A stretch of 64,000 nt of DNA, taken from sequence record OQ870555.1; one strand, 5' to 3'. Positions 42,145 to 50,074 of the stretch are shown one piece after another. Numbering within the stretch: position 1 is the first letter of the stretch; each line of letters starts with the position of its first letter. Position numbers and translations under genes: made by a program. Below the pieces are notes generated by a model. That model did no database searches. It was not told where the DNA came from and was given only the letters and a program-made list of their open reading frames with translations. The stretch is from Escherichia phage PECP14.

Positions 42145-42173
42145 TTGCTTAAAGCCCTCGAATTTAGTATAAT
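42145..42173 (+). promoter_or_regulatory. early promoter module
   Basis: TTGCTT-17 nt-TATAAT upstream of the 92-aa gene. Confidence 0.65.
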
Positions 42174-42200
42174 ATTCGTATTGAAAGTGAGGAGGGCTTT

Positions 42201-42479
42201 ATGCGAATTTACAACTCAAATTCATTAGGATTTAAACCTTTGAGAAAACGCGCACAATCTCCGCGTCAGATCAGAAAGGCAAATATTGGTGAGCCAGAAA
42301 CTAGGCTTCCACCACCTCCGGAGCAACGTCTAGTTTACCTAGACGAAGAATTAGCCGAAAGGGAACGCAAAGCTCAAGAAGAAATTGAGCGTAAGAAACT
42401 ATGTACTGCTCCTGCATATAATAAGGGTGGTTATCAGTACGTTTCCAGTGAGGAACAAGCTAAGATGATCGGCAGATAA
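42201..42479 (+). CDS. hypothetical protein
   Basis: 92 aa ORF with RBS GGAGGG. Confidence 0.5.
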   Translation: MRIYNSNSLGFKPLRKRAQSPRQIRKANIGEPETRLPPPPEQRLVYLDEELAERERKAQEEIERKKLCTAPAYNKGGYQYVSSEEQAKMIGR

Positions 42480-42495
42480 TTTTTAAAAAATTCAT

Positions 42496-42524
42496 TTGCT
42501 AAACGCTTCAAAATTTCGTATAAT
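42496..42524 (+). promoter_or_regulatory. early promoter module
   Basis: AAAAATTCATTTGCTAAACGCTTCAAAATTTCGTATAAT. Confidence 0.65.
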
Positions 42525-42563
42525 ATATCTCATAAATTGATTAACAAAAAAGGAAAACAAATA

Positions 42564-43079
42564 ATGGCTAAGCAGAAAAACGCAAAAACTCAGGCAGCTC
42601 CGGCAGTTAAAACTTTCGCTCAGACCGAAGCCAATCGTAAGGCTCGTCTGGAACGTCATCTGCGTAAGCATCCTACTGATGCTCAGGCTCAGACTGCCCT
42701 GAAGTCTGCGGCTCCGGTTCGCCAGAAGCCGAAGGCCAAGAACTCTACTCGCGCAACTGCTAAGCAGGTTGTGTTCATCAAGGGTGAAGGTCATAAGTCT
42801 GTACCGGTAACTCTGAGCTTTAACGGCGGTGCTGAGATGTTCGCCCGCAACGGTATGGCTCTGAAAGACTACGAAAAAGCAGTCAATCAGAAGCGTAAGC
42901 CAATGGCTGACGTAATACGTGAATCCCGTGGACAGTTTGGCTCCGTTAAACCGAATATTTTCGGTGTAGAGTATAGCCGTGACAACGTTCGCGCTCTGTG
43001 CTACGGTATCGGTATTAAGTTTACTGGTGCTTCTGATCGTAAATCCGCTAAACCTACTCGTAAGCGTAAAGCGAAGTAA
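42564..43079 (+). CDS. hypothetical basic protein (171 aa)
   Basis: ATG at 42564 (MAKQKNAKTQ...) with RBS AAAAGGAAAAC; Lys/Arg-rich ends. Confidence 0.55.
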   Translation: MAKQKNAKTQAAPAVKTFAQTEANRKARLERHLRKHPTDAQAQTALKSAAPVRQKPKAKNSTRATAKQVVFIKGEGHKSVPVTLSFNGGAEMFARNGMALKDYEKAVNQKRKPMADVIRESRGQFGSVKPNIFGVEYSRDNVRALCYGIGIKFTGASDRKSAKPTRKRKAK

Positions 43080-43140
43080 TGATTGATGGGGCGAAAGCCC
43101 CATATACTAACTCTTTCTCTGACTAATTAAGGATATTTTT

Positions 43141-43356
43141 ATGTTCTCTAAGAAACCACGTTCCGTTACTGAAATCGTTGCTTCCTTTACCACTATTACT
43201 GATGAACTTCAAGCTCGTATTGAAGCTGACCAGAAAACTGCTGCTGATATTCAGAAACAGCAGGAAGAACTCGCTCTGAAACTGGCTGAAACCAATAAGA
43301 GTGAAAAATCTGCTCAAACTATTAAGGAAAATATCCTTAAACTGCTGGACAAGTAA
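43141..43356 (+). CDS. hypothetical coiled-coil protein
   Basis: 71 aa ORF, ATG start. Confidence 0.5.
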   Translation: MFSKKPRSVTEIVASFTTITDELQARIEADQKTAADIQKQQEELALKLAETNKSEKSAQTIKENILKLLDK

Positions 43357-43364
43357 TTTAAATC

Positions 43365-43390
43365 AGGGGGCGAAAGCCCCTCTTATTTGG
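43365..43390 (+). terminator. rho-independent terminator (GNRA-type GAAA loop)
   Basis: AGGGGGC-GAAA-GCCCCT followed by CTTATTT; a sister hairpin GGGGCGAAAGCCCC sits near 43087-43103. Confidence 0.6.
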
Positions 43391-43397
43391 AGAAACT

Positions 43398-43610
43398 ATG
43401 CGTAACTTCGTTGCAAAGAATGATTTTAACCGTGCTAGCACTCACAAGTCTGCTAGAGACTACACTCGTCTTTCTAAACATGAGCTTCTAGAAGAAATCA
43501 TGGAAGAAAACTGGGATGTTAGTGAAAATGGAACAGACCTGTTTGAAGAAGAGGAACTTCCTCTGAAAGACCCCAAACAGTGGGAGTCTATTAAAGAGAC
43601 AGCTCTTTAA
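43398..43610 (+). CDS. hypothetical acidic protein
   Basis: 70 aa ORF with RBS GGAGAAA. Confidence 0.5.
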   Translation: MRNFVAKNDFNRASTHKSARDYTRLSKHELLEEIMEENWDVSENGTDLFEEEELPLKDPKQWESIKETAL

Positions 43611-43640
43611 TAGTTTTCTACAACAATAAAGGACATAATT

Positions 43641-44342
43641 ATGAAATTCAAGCCCTTTGGTATGCTGGACATTGAATCTCTAGGTACTCCAGGAAATTGC
43701 GGTACTACTCATATTGCAATGCCTTCTTTCGCTTTTGTAGCGATGCACGGAATTGATAAAGATCCTGATCTGGTATTCGTTACTCTAGACGTTCAAGATC
43801 AGCTTAATGCGGGTGCTAAGGTAACTGCCTCTACTATTGCATTCTGGATGGATCAAGCTAAAAACAGTCCATCTGCGCTCCATATTATGGAGGCTCTAAA
43901 TGGTCGTAATCCTAAACTGATTGCCTTCCGTGATGGTAAGCATCACTGCACTAATGACGTAGGCTCTAATTATGCTGCCTTCTCTATGGCTCAGAACATT
44001 ATGGAATTGTCTCTAGGAGATAATGCTCTGTATTACGGCAATGGCCCAGAGTTTGATATGACAATCTACTCTGCAAATACGTTCCATGCCGGAACCCATG
44101 AAGAAATAGTTCCGTGGAAATTCTGGAACTTAGGTAACGTTCGATCTTTCCGTAATCAGTGGATGCAAGCTGGTTATAGCTATAAAGATCTAGAAGCCGA
44201 AGGTGCTAGCTGGGCAAAAGCTAAAATGGAAAAGATGGACACCATTCGTTATGGAATCTATCCTGTGAAGCATGATCCAGCATTCGATGCTTTAGTTGAA
44301 AGTTATTGTGTAGCCGTCATGATCGAAAAAATCAAAATTTGA
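43641..44342 (+). CDS. DEDDh-family 3'-5' exonuclease-like protein
   Basis: 233 aa; Exo I MLDIESLG, Exo II YYGNGPEFDMTIY, Exo III KHDPAFDALVESY (H-x4-D). Confidence 0.65.
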   Translation: MKFKPFGMLDIESLGTPGNCGTTHIAMPSFAFVAMHGIDKDPDLVFVTLDVQDQLNAGAKVTASTIAFWMDQAKNSPSALHIMEALNGRNPKLIAFRDGKHHCTNDVGSNYAAFSMAQNIMELSLGDNALYYGNGPEFDMTIYSANTFHAGTHEEIVPWKFWNLGNVRSFRNQWMQAGYSYKDLEAEGASWAKAKMEKMDTIRYGIYPVKHDPAFDALVESYCVAVMIEKIKI

Positions 44343-44343
44343 T

Positions 44344-44372
44344 TTGCTTTCAGCTCCAAAATTCTGTATAAT
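44344..44372 (+). promoter_or_regulatory. early promoter module
   Basis: TTGCTT-17 nt-TATAAT, then ..ATAAATTTGAGAGAACAACAAAAGGAAAACAATT-ATG. Confidence 0.65.
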
Positions 44373-44412
44373 ATATTCATAAATTTGAGAGAACAACAAA
44401 AGGAAAACAATT

Positions 44413-44595
44413 ATGCCAGTATCTAAAAACGTCCGTAAAAATGGTAAAGTAGCAAAACGTAACCTGGGTCTGCGTCGTATGGCTGAACGTCAGTCCGGCA
44501 TCCAGAAAATCTTTAACGTACTGAATCGCGCCAATCCGAATATTGATAACAGTTCTGATACTGTTCTGCGCACTCTGCTGGCAATCGGTCTGTAA
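44413..44595 (+). CDS. hypothetical small basic protein
   Basis: 60 aa ORF downstream of a promoter module. Confidence 0.45.
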   Translation: MPVSKNVRKNGKVAKRNLGLRRMAERQSGIQKIFNVLNRANPNIDNSSDTVLRTLLAIGL

Positions 44596-44649
44596 TAGAC
44601 CGTTTTTAAAACAAATTCAAATCTCAAACTTCATATAAGGAAGCAAATA

Positions 44650-45288
44650 ATGACTACTCGTATCTCTAAAACTCGTGCTCTGGCAACTATCAAGTCTCTG
44701 GAAGCTAAAATCCGTAAAGCTACTGAACAACAGCTTTTGATTGCTGTTGGTGAAGGTAAAGACAAGAATCAAGTTGTCGTTGGTGCTGCAATCGAAGTAG
44801 ATGCTCTGTCTACTCGTATTAAAACTGATTTCCAGTCTCTGCTGGATATGATGACCCAGCGTGATCATCTGAAAGCAGCGCTGATCAAGAGCAATGCTGA
44901 AACTGTTGTAGAGATCGGTTCCCGCTCTATGACTGTTGCGGAAGCAATCGAAGCTAAGCGTTCTATGGAACTCAAAGCTCAGTTGCTGGCTAACATGCGT
45001 AAGCAGTTCCATGCTGCTACTGTTAAGTTTAACACTCAGAAGGCTCAGTTTGATGCCAAGTATGAGCGTTTGCAGGATACCATGGCTACCCGCGACAAGA
45101 AGACTTCCGAGGATGAAGTTAAGATGCAGCTTAACCTGCTGGAACTCAAGAACACTCCGTTCCTGATCGATCCGCTGGAGCTGGAAAAGCTGATCAAGCA
45201 ACACGACGAAGAATACCAGGACTTTGCAACCAACGTTGACTTTGTTCTGTCTGAGTCCAACGCCTCTACTTTTATCGAAGTAGAGTAA
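44650..45288 (+). CDS. hypothetical alpha-helical protein
   Basis: 212 aa ORF with RBS AAGGAAG. Confidence 0.55.
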   Translation: MTTRISKTRALATIKSLEAKIRKATEQQLLIAVGEGKDKNQVVVGAAIEVDALSTRIKTDFQSLLDMMTQRDHLKAALIKSNAETVVEIGSRSMTVAEAIEAKRSMELKAQLLANMRKQFHAATVKFNTQKAQFDAKYERLQDTMATRDKKTSEDEVKMQLNLLELKNTPFLIDPLELEKLIKQHDEEYQDFATNVDFVLSESNASTFIEVE

Positions 45289-45672
45289 TAATTTAAAAGA
45301 CTAGTAAATCGGTAGACGAAAGCCCAAGCATCTTACCTCGCAGCAGCGGTTGAAATACGAGGTTAAATAAGACCGCTGACCATACTATAAAGTATAATCT
45401 ATTGGAGATTATGTTTATTACATCAGACATTTAATCTGACACGTAAAAACAAAAGGTCGTTGGTAGTACCAACACAACTTCAAAGATCAACGCTCAAGTA
45501 TGAAAGCTGAAAAGTTAAAAGCACTCAAACTTCTAACCTTCTAAAGCTAAAAGATGCAAAGTATTCGTTGATGATTCAAACCCTAGATCAAAGGTACATG
45601 GCTCATAAGATATGGCCTGTGGCGCCTCTAGGCTGTTTATCGGTTTACTAGTCTCTCAATTTAAAAATGTAT

Positions 45673-45701
45673 TTGCTAATTAGTTTAGTTTTCTGTATAA
45701 T
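45673..45701 (+). promoter_or_regulatory. early promoter module
   Basis: TTGCTA-17 nt-TATAAT, then ..TTTAAATTGATGAGACGAGG..ATG. Confidence 0.65.
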
Positions 45702-45731
45702 ATATTTTTAAATTGATGAGACGAGGCTATT

Positions 45732-46049
45732 ATGATTTTTCATATTCTGATTGATGATGTGCGTAACCTTCATGGAATGGACATTATCATTCGAACCCCC
45801 GAAGCCGCTGTTGAGTTTCTGAATAAAACCGATACCACAGGTCATTTCGTTTATATGGATAACGATCTGGCTGTAGATGGTATGGAAGGTTATCAAATTC
45901 TTCGTTTACTCCTAGAATTTGGTCAGAGACCCAAGAAAGTGGTACTAGTAACCTCGAACCCAGTAGCTAAAGAGACCATGCGTAATGATCTCTTAGACGA
46001 AGGGTATCAAGAAAGCCCTAATCGTATTGAGTACGATTGGCCGGAGTAA
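45732..46049 (+). CDS. hypothetical protein, possible receiver (CheY-like) fold
   Basis: 105 aa; alternating hydrophobic/acidic pattern (IFHILIDDV...YMDNDLAVDGMEGYQILRLL...VVLVTSNP) resembles a stand-alone receiver domain. Inference only. Confidence 0.5.
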   Translation: MIFHILIDDVRNLHGMDIIIRTPEAAVEFLNKTDTTGHFVYMDNDLAVDGMEGYQILRLLLEFGQRPKKVVLVTSNPVAKETMRNDLLDEGYQESPNRIEYDWPE

Positions 46050-46054
46050 ATAAA

Positions 46055-46504
46055 ATGAAGGCAGCTTTGCTTTTAATAGCTGCCCTAACCTATAGCTTCA
46101 ATAGTCATGCGACCTACGACTCAAAGCAGATTGATTGCATTGCAAAAAATATCTACTTCGAAGCACGAGGTGAGGGCACTAAAGGAATGATCGCAGTTGC
46201 ACAGGTTACTAAAAACCGTGTTAACTCTGGTACTTTTCCTGATTCTTACTGTAAAGTAGTATATCAGTCTAACCAGTTCTCTTGGGTGGCCAAGAGACCA
46301 AAAGTTGATAAAACCGATGAGGCTTGGCAAGTTGCTAAGAATTTAGCTAGAGTGATATACTACGTTGATTTACCACAAGATCCAACACATGGAGCGTTAT
46401 ACTTCCATAGTGGTAAAGATAAACCGTACTGGACAAAGAAGTTTAAGAAAACAACGAAGATTCAAGGCCATACGTTTTACAAGCCTGTGGTTAAGAAAAC
46501 TTAA
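46055..46504 (+). CDS. secreted cell-wall hydrolase, SleB/Hydrolase_2-like
   Basis: ATG at 46055; signal peptide MKAALLLIAALTYSFNSHA; domain ...CIAKNIYFEARGEGTKGMIAVAQVTKNR...SYCKVVYQSNQFSW.... Confidence 0.65.
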   Translation: MKAALLLIAALTYSFNSHATYDSKQIDCIAKNIYFEARGEGTKGMIAVAQVTKNRVNSGTFPDSYCKVVYQSNQFSWVAKRPKVDKTDEAWQVAKNLARVIYYVDLPQDPTHGALYFHSGKDKPYWTKKFKKTTKIQGHTFYKPVVKKT

Positions 46505-46513
46505 AAAATTCGA

Positions 46514-46542
46514 TTGCTTAAAGCCTTAAATTTCTGTATAAT
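46514..46542 (+). promoter_or_regulatory. early promoter module
   Basis: TTGCTT-17 nt-TATAAT, then ..ATAAATTAATGAGAGGAAGCG..ATG. Confidence 0.65.
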
Positions 46543-46573
46543 ACTTTCATAAATTAATGAGAGGAAGCGAAAT

Positions 46574-46744
46574 ATGAAATCAGTTGTAATTATTGGTGTT
46601 AATACTCGTGGTATCCGTACTACGAAAACAGTTAAAACTACTAACGTTGCTGAAATTACTACAAACCCTAAGAAGTTTGATTTCGCCAAAGTCTCGGCAG
46701 TTATGACAGAACAATCTTTTAACCAAGCACTGGGAATTAAATAA
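46574..46744 (+). CDS. hypothetical small protein (56 aa)
   Basis: Not in the supplied track (under 60 aa); ATG with RBS GAGAGGAAG; coupled by TAATG to the next gene. Confidence 0.4.
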   Translation: MKSVVIIGVNTRGIRTTKTVKTTNVAEITTNPKKFDFAKVSAVMTEQSFNQALGIK

Positions 46745-47193
46745 TGGAAGAGAATATTCTAGATGTTTTGCGTAGGGCTTTGCAGGAATCTAAGGTTGAT
46801 GGTTCTGATAAAGAAGTAGCTAAAAGCTACCAGACCATAATCGGAGATCTTCAGCGTGTTGATAAAGACTTCATTACTTCTGAACAGTTTGTATCTTATC
46901 TAAAAGCTCAACTGAAAAGCATTAATCAGACGAAAGCTAAACTTCACGGTCAAGACCTTGATAATTATAGCTTGCAGTCTGCTCAGTATGAATATATACT
47001 GAACAAATGGTTACAACAGTATCTGCCGCCTCAGCTTTCTGATTCTGAGATTCGCAAATACTTTGCAGAATTAGTTAAGTTGAACCCTGGGATTACGAAG
47101 GGTATGCTGATGAAAGCGATTAAGGAAGAATTCCCTGGTCGTTATGATGGTGGTATTGCTGCTCAAGTTGCTGGCGAATTCAATAAAAATTGA
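46744..47193 (+). CDS. GatB/YqeY-domain protein
   Basis: 149 aa; ...NKWLQQYLPPQLSDSEIRKYFAELVKLNPGITKGMLMKAIKEEFPGRYDGGIAAQVAGE... matches the YqeY pattern (yLPqqLs.eE...GRaDG). Confidence 0.6.
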   Translation: MEENILDVLRRALQESKVDGSDKEVAKSYQTIIGDLQRVDKDFITSEQFVSYLKAQLKSINQTKAKLHGQDLDNYSLQSAQYEYILNKWLQQYLPPQLSDSEIRKYFAELVKLNPGITKGMLMKAIKEEFPGRYDGGIAAQVAGEFNKN

Positions 47194-47194
47194 T

Positions 47195-47223
47195 TTGCTA
47201 AACGCTTCAAAATTCTGTATAAT
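47195..47223 (+). promoter_or_regulatory. early promoter module directing transcription into the ORF-free segment
   Basis: TTGCTA-17 nt-TATAAT; the -35 overlaps the YqeY-like stop codon. Confidence 0.65.
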
Positions 47224-48057
47224 AGATTCATAAATTAGAGAACAGCGAGCCGATTACGCTGAGTGAGTTTAGTGATTCCTAATAGGATAGCTATTCCACT
47301 GAATAGAGTCGGTGAGTTGGAGACTAGTAAGTACTCTGAGAGAGGCTACGAGCTAACGCTTATTGCTATTGATAGGGAACTGAAAATCTGCGGAAAACTC
47401 GGGAGCTGTCCCGAAATCTCGTAAACTCTTCTCTAGTTTATGTTAGTGGGGTGTCGAACTGACTTATGTGATAACACTGCCAGATGCTCACAGGCTGACA
47501 TTGAGCTTTACTGCTCCTTCTGGAAAGAATCGGATAACTCGGGCTTATACCGGATAAGCATTCGCTGCTGGAGTACATACTATGACGGTTCAGGAGGTAC
47601 GCCACCTGATCAGTATTAGGTTAGAATCGAAACAGCTAAACCACGAGGAAACCTGACGGCCTCAACCAAACTCGGAACTCGGGATCACTGCCTAGTGTGT
47701 ACCCCGTTTAACCTGAGACTAGGCATCCAGCTTCGCATCGAAAATCGGAGGTGCGATTCTAACAGACCGCGTAACTATGAGAGTGGGAAACGCTGACATG
47801 AGAGATGTCACTAATGGTGCCCAATAGTACAGGTAATTCGCGATAATTCCTGTTGAGCGGCAGCAGTAGGCTGGGAGTCATGACCTAAGCCTAACCGAGT
47901 TCTTCACATACGGAGAACATAACCACAAAGTCACCCTGACTTAAACTGGAAGATATTGTCTGACGGAAGGGCTGCAGAGCTTAATCTGAGGGGGCTGACC
48001 CTACCTACCGTCGGGTATCTTTAAGAGCTTTTATAAGAGTTCTTAAAAATACCTAAA
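47224..48057 (+). ncRNA. candidate large structured non-coding RNA (ORF-free, promoter-driven, ends at tRNA-Arg)
   Basis: No ORF of 60 aa or more in any frame between 47194 and 48158; visibly more G+C-rich than flanking DNA; recurring AACTCGG(G) motif and several short hairpins. Identity unknown. Confidence 0.4.
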
Positions 48058-48132
48058 CGGGGTGTAGTCTAAGGGATAGGCAGGAGTCTTCTAAATTCCT
48101 TTATGCAGGTTCGAATCCTGTCACCTCGGCCA
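48058..48132 (+). tRNA. tRNA-Arg (anticodon UCU)
   Basis: Hand-folded: acceptor CGGGGTG/CACCTCG, anticodon arm GGAGT-CTTCTAA-ATTCC, T-arm GCAGG-TTCGAAT-CCTGT, encoded CCA. Confidence 0.75.
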
Positions 48133-48158
48133 ATTTTATTAACTGCTAGGAAAATAAA

Positions 48159-48359
48159 GTGAAAACACGATATATAGTAAAAGTAGTAGGTGAACATTCA
48201 CAAGTAAATACCACCGATGTTACAGCGCTAGCATTTGAAGTAGTCTCCGGTATAGTCATATTTCATAACGGAGATATCAAAGCTCCTGAATTTGCTGTGG
48301 ATGCTAGCCTGTTTATTTCTGCAACTAAAGTAACTGTAGTAGCTAACTCTTCTAAATAA
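48159..48359 (+). CDS. hypothetical small beta-rich protein upstream of the SPFH gene (GTG start)
   Basis: 66 aa ORF ending 11 nt before the SPFH gene. Confidence 0.45.
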   Translation: MKTRYIVKVVGEHSQVNTTDVTALAFEVVSGIVIFHNGDIKAPEFAVDASLFISATKVTVVANSSK

Positions 48360-48370
48360 TAAGGAAATAT

Positions 48371-49315
48371 ATGTTTACTAAAAACACTAAAGAACTGACT
48401 TCCGATCAAAAAGTAATTCGTACTATTAAACGTTGGGGTGTTGGTGCTGTAGTTGGTCTTGGCGCTCTTATTCTGGCTCTCAATTCCTATACAGTTGTTC
48501 AGGACGGTACGGTTAAAACTCAGACTTTCCTGGGTAAAGTTAGTCCTAATCCTGTATTGCCGGGGTTCCATATTGTCAACCCATTCGCCTCTTTTGATAC
48601 TTTTAGTACGAAAGATATTTCTATGAAACTGGATAAACTTCAGGTTCCTAGCCAGGATAAGTTTAAGTCTACAGTTGACATTACCGTTATGTTGCAGTTT
48701 GATGGTGCTAAAGCTCCTATGAACCGTGTTAACGCAGGTACTCAGGATCAAGCTCTGAACAAGTACGTTGAAGAGAAGATGCTGTCTACGATTCGTGAGT
48801 TTGGTAAGTCTGTACCAAAAGCACAAGATCTGTTCGACGCTAAGATTCAGGCTCAACTGCAAACCGCTATTCAGCAAGAAGTAGAAGAGTATGCGCGTCC
48901 TTATGGTTACACCGTTAAGCAAGTATTCCTTCAGGATATTACTCTGCCACCGGTAATCATGGAACAGGTACAGAACACCAAAGTTCGTGAAGAACAAGTT
49001 AACGCTGCAAAAGCTGAACTGGCTCGTGTTGAACAAGAAGCACAGCAGAAAGTTAAGCAAGCTGAGGCAGATCGTTCCGCTCGTGAAAACATGGCAGTAG
49101 CTAACGAACGTGACGCAGATGCTAAACTGTACGCAGCTAAGAAAGAAGCTGAAGCTAACGCCGCTCTGCAACGTACCATTACTCCTGAAATGATTCGTTG
49201 GAAGCAGCTGGAAGTTGAAATGCTTCGTGCTGAAAAATACCAAGGGGGTGTACCACAGACTGTTGTCGGTACTGGCTACGATGGTCAAATGATCATGGAT
49301 ATGCGTAACAAGTAA
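48371..49315 (+). CDS. SPFH/band-7 (stomatin/prohibitin-like) membrane protein
   Basis: 314 aa; N-terminal TM helix (WGVGAVVGLGALILAL), SPFH body, C-terminal Ala/Glu/Gln-rich coiled coil; RBS AAGGAAAT. Confidence 0.75.
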   Translation: MFTKNTKELTSDQKVIRTIKRWGVGAVVGLGALILALNSYTVVQDGTVKTQTFLGKVSPNPVLPGFHIVNPFASFDTFSTKDISMKLDKLQVPSQDKFKSTVDITVMLQFDGAKAPMNRVNAGTQDQALNKYVEEKMLSTIREFGKSVPKAQDLFDAKIQAQLQTAIQQEVEEYARPYGYTVKQVFLQDITLPPVIMEQVQNTKVREEQVNAAKAELARVEQEAQQKVKQAEADRSARENMAVANERDADAKLYAAKKEAEANAALQRTITPEMIRWKQLEVEMLRAEKYQGGVPQTVVGTGYDGQMIMDMRNK

Positions 49316-49338
49316 TAGTTACACGTAATCTTCGAACC

Positions 49339-49375
49339 AAGCCCGCGTTTCCTTCGAGAGCGCGGGCTTTTCTGT
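49339..49375 (+). terminator. rho-independent terminator after the SPFH gene
   Basis: AAGCCCGCG-(13-nt loop)-CGCGGGCTT followed by TTCTGTATTT. Confidence 0.7.
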
Positions 49376-49385
49376 ATTTAAGGCA

Positions 49386-49430
49386 AAAGAAAAAGCCCCT
49401 TACCTTTCGGCAGGGGCTTTTGTTTTTTGG
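49386..49430. terminator. bidirectional terminator between convergent plus- and minus-strand genes
   Basis: AAAAAGCCCCT-(loop)-AGGGGCTTTTGTTTTTT, A-run upstream and T-run downstream. Confidence 0.7.
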
Positions 49431-49635
49431 TTTAGAACCATACTCTCTTGTTACAACAACCACTCATACGGGAGACCAATCTTGACTGAAAATCTACTCT
49501 AGGGGGCAGGATAAGAGTAGGCTTAAAGGCAAACGGATTGAACACCGGTATTTGTGTAAACATTGCTGGAGAGCAACAACGTGCTACAGGTATTGGGCAG
49601 CACGAAACAGATTTTCTGCAACACATAATTCCTCC

Positions 49636-50052
49636 TTAGGAGTTATTACCGCCATTTTGAGCTTTTGCAACTTGGCTTTGGCAGAAGCTATTAAACTTAC
49701 CCATAAGTGCTACAAGCTGTTTCCCATCCTCTGTCTTTGCGAAGTCTTCGAAAAGGGCTAGTACTGCCTGTCCTTCCGCAGAAACCTGCGGTTGTTGGGT
49801 TTGTTGCTGAACTTGCTGCTGAGGCACCTGTTGCTGCATTTGTTGAGGCATTTGCGACTGCCCGCTCATTTGCTGCATCATTTGCATAGGACTCACACTT
49901 CCAGGGTTTTGCTGGAGTTGCTGCTGCATCTGTTGCGCTTCTGCTAAACGCTGTTGCAACTGTTGTAGGTAAGGGTTATCCAGACCCGGAATGGGCTGCT
50001 GAGAGCCCATTGGTTGATTAAATCCGTTGTTCACAAAACCATATTTACTCAT
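49636..50052 (-). CDS. Gln-rich low-complexity protein
   Basis: 138 aa, about 35 percent Gln; RBS GGGGAGGAG before the ATG. Confidence 0.5.
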   Translation of the reverse strand: MSKYGFVNNGFNQPMGSQQPIPGLDNPYLQQLQQRLAEAQQMQQQLQQNPGSVSPMQMMQQMSGQSQMPQQMQQQVPQQQVQQQTQQPQVSAEGQAVLALFEDFAKTEDGKQLVALMGKFNSFCQSQVAKAQNGGNNS

Positions 50053-50074
50053 AATGGGCTCCTCCCCTTAAAGA

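Noticed and set aside
47224-48057. Possibility that the ORF-free segment is a group I or group II intron, or a decayed protein gene.
   Set aside because: No flanking split gene, no recognisable group II 5' GUGYG / domain V or group I P7-like elements by eye, and stops are spread across all frames; I cannot exclude these without covariance or alignment tools.
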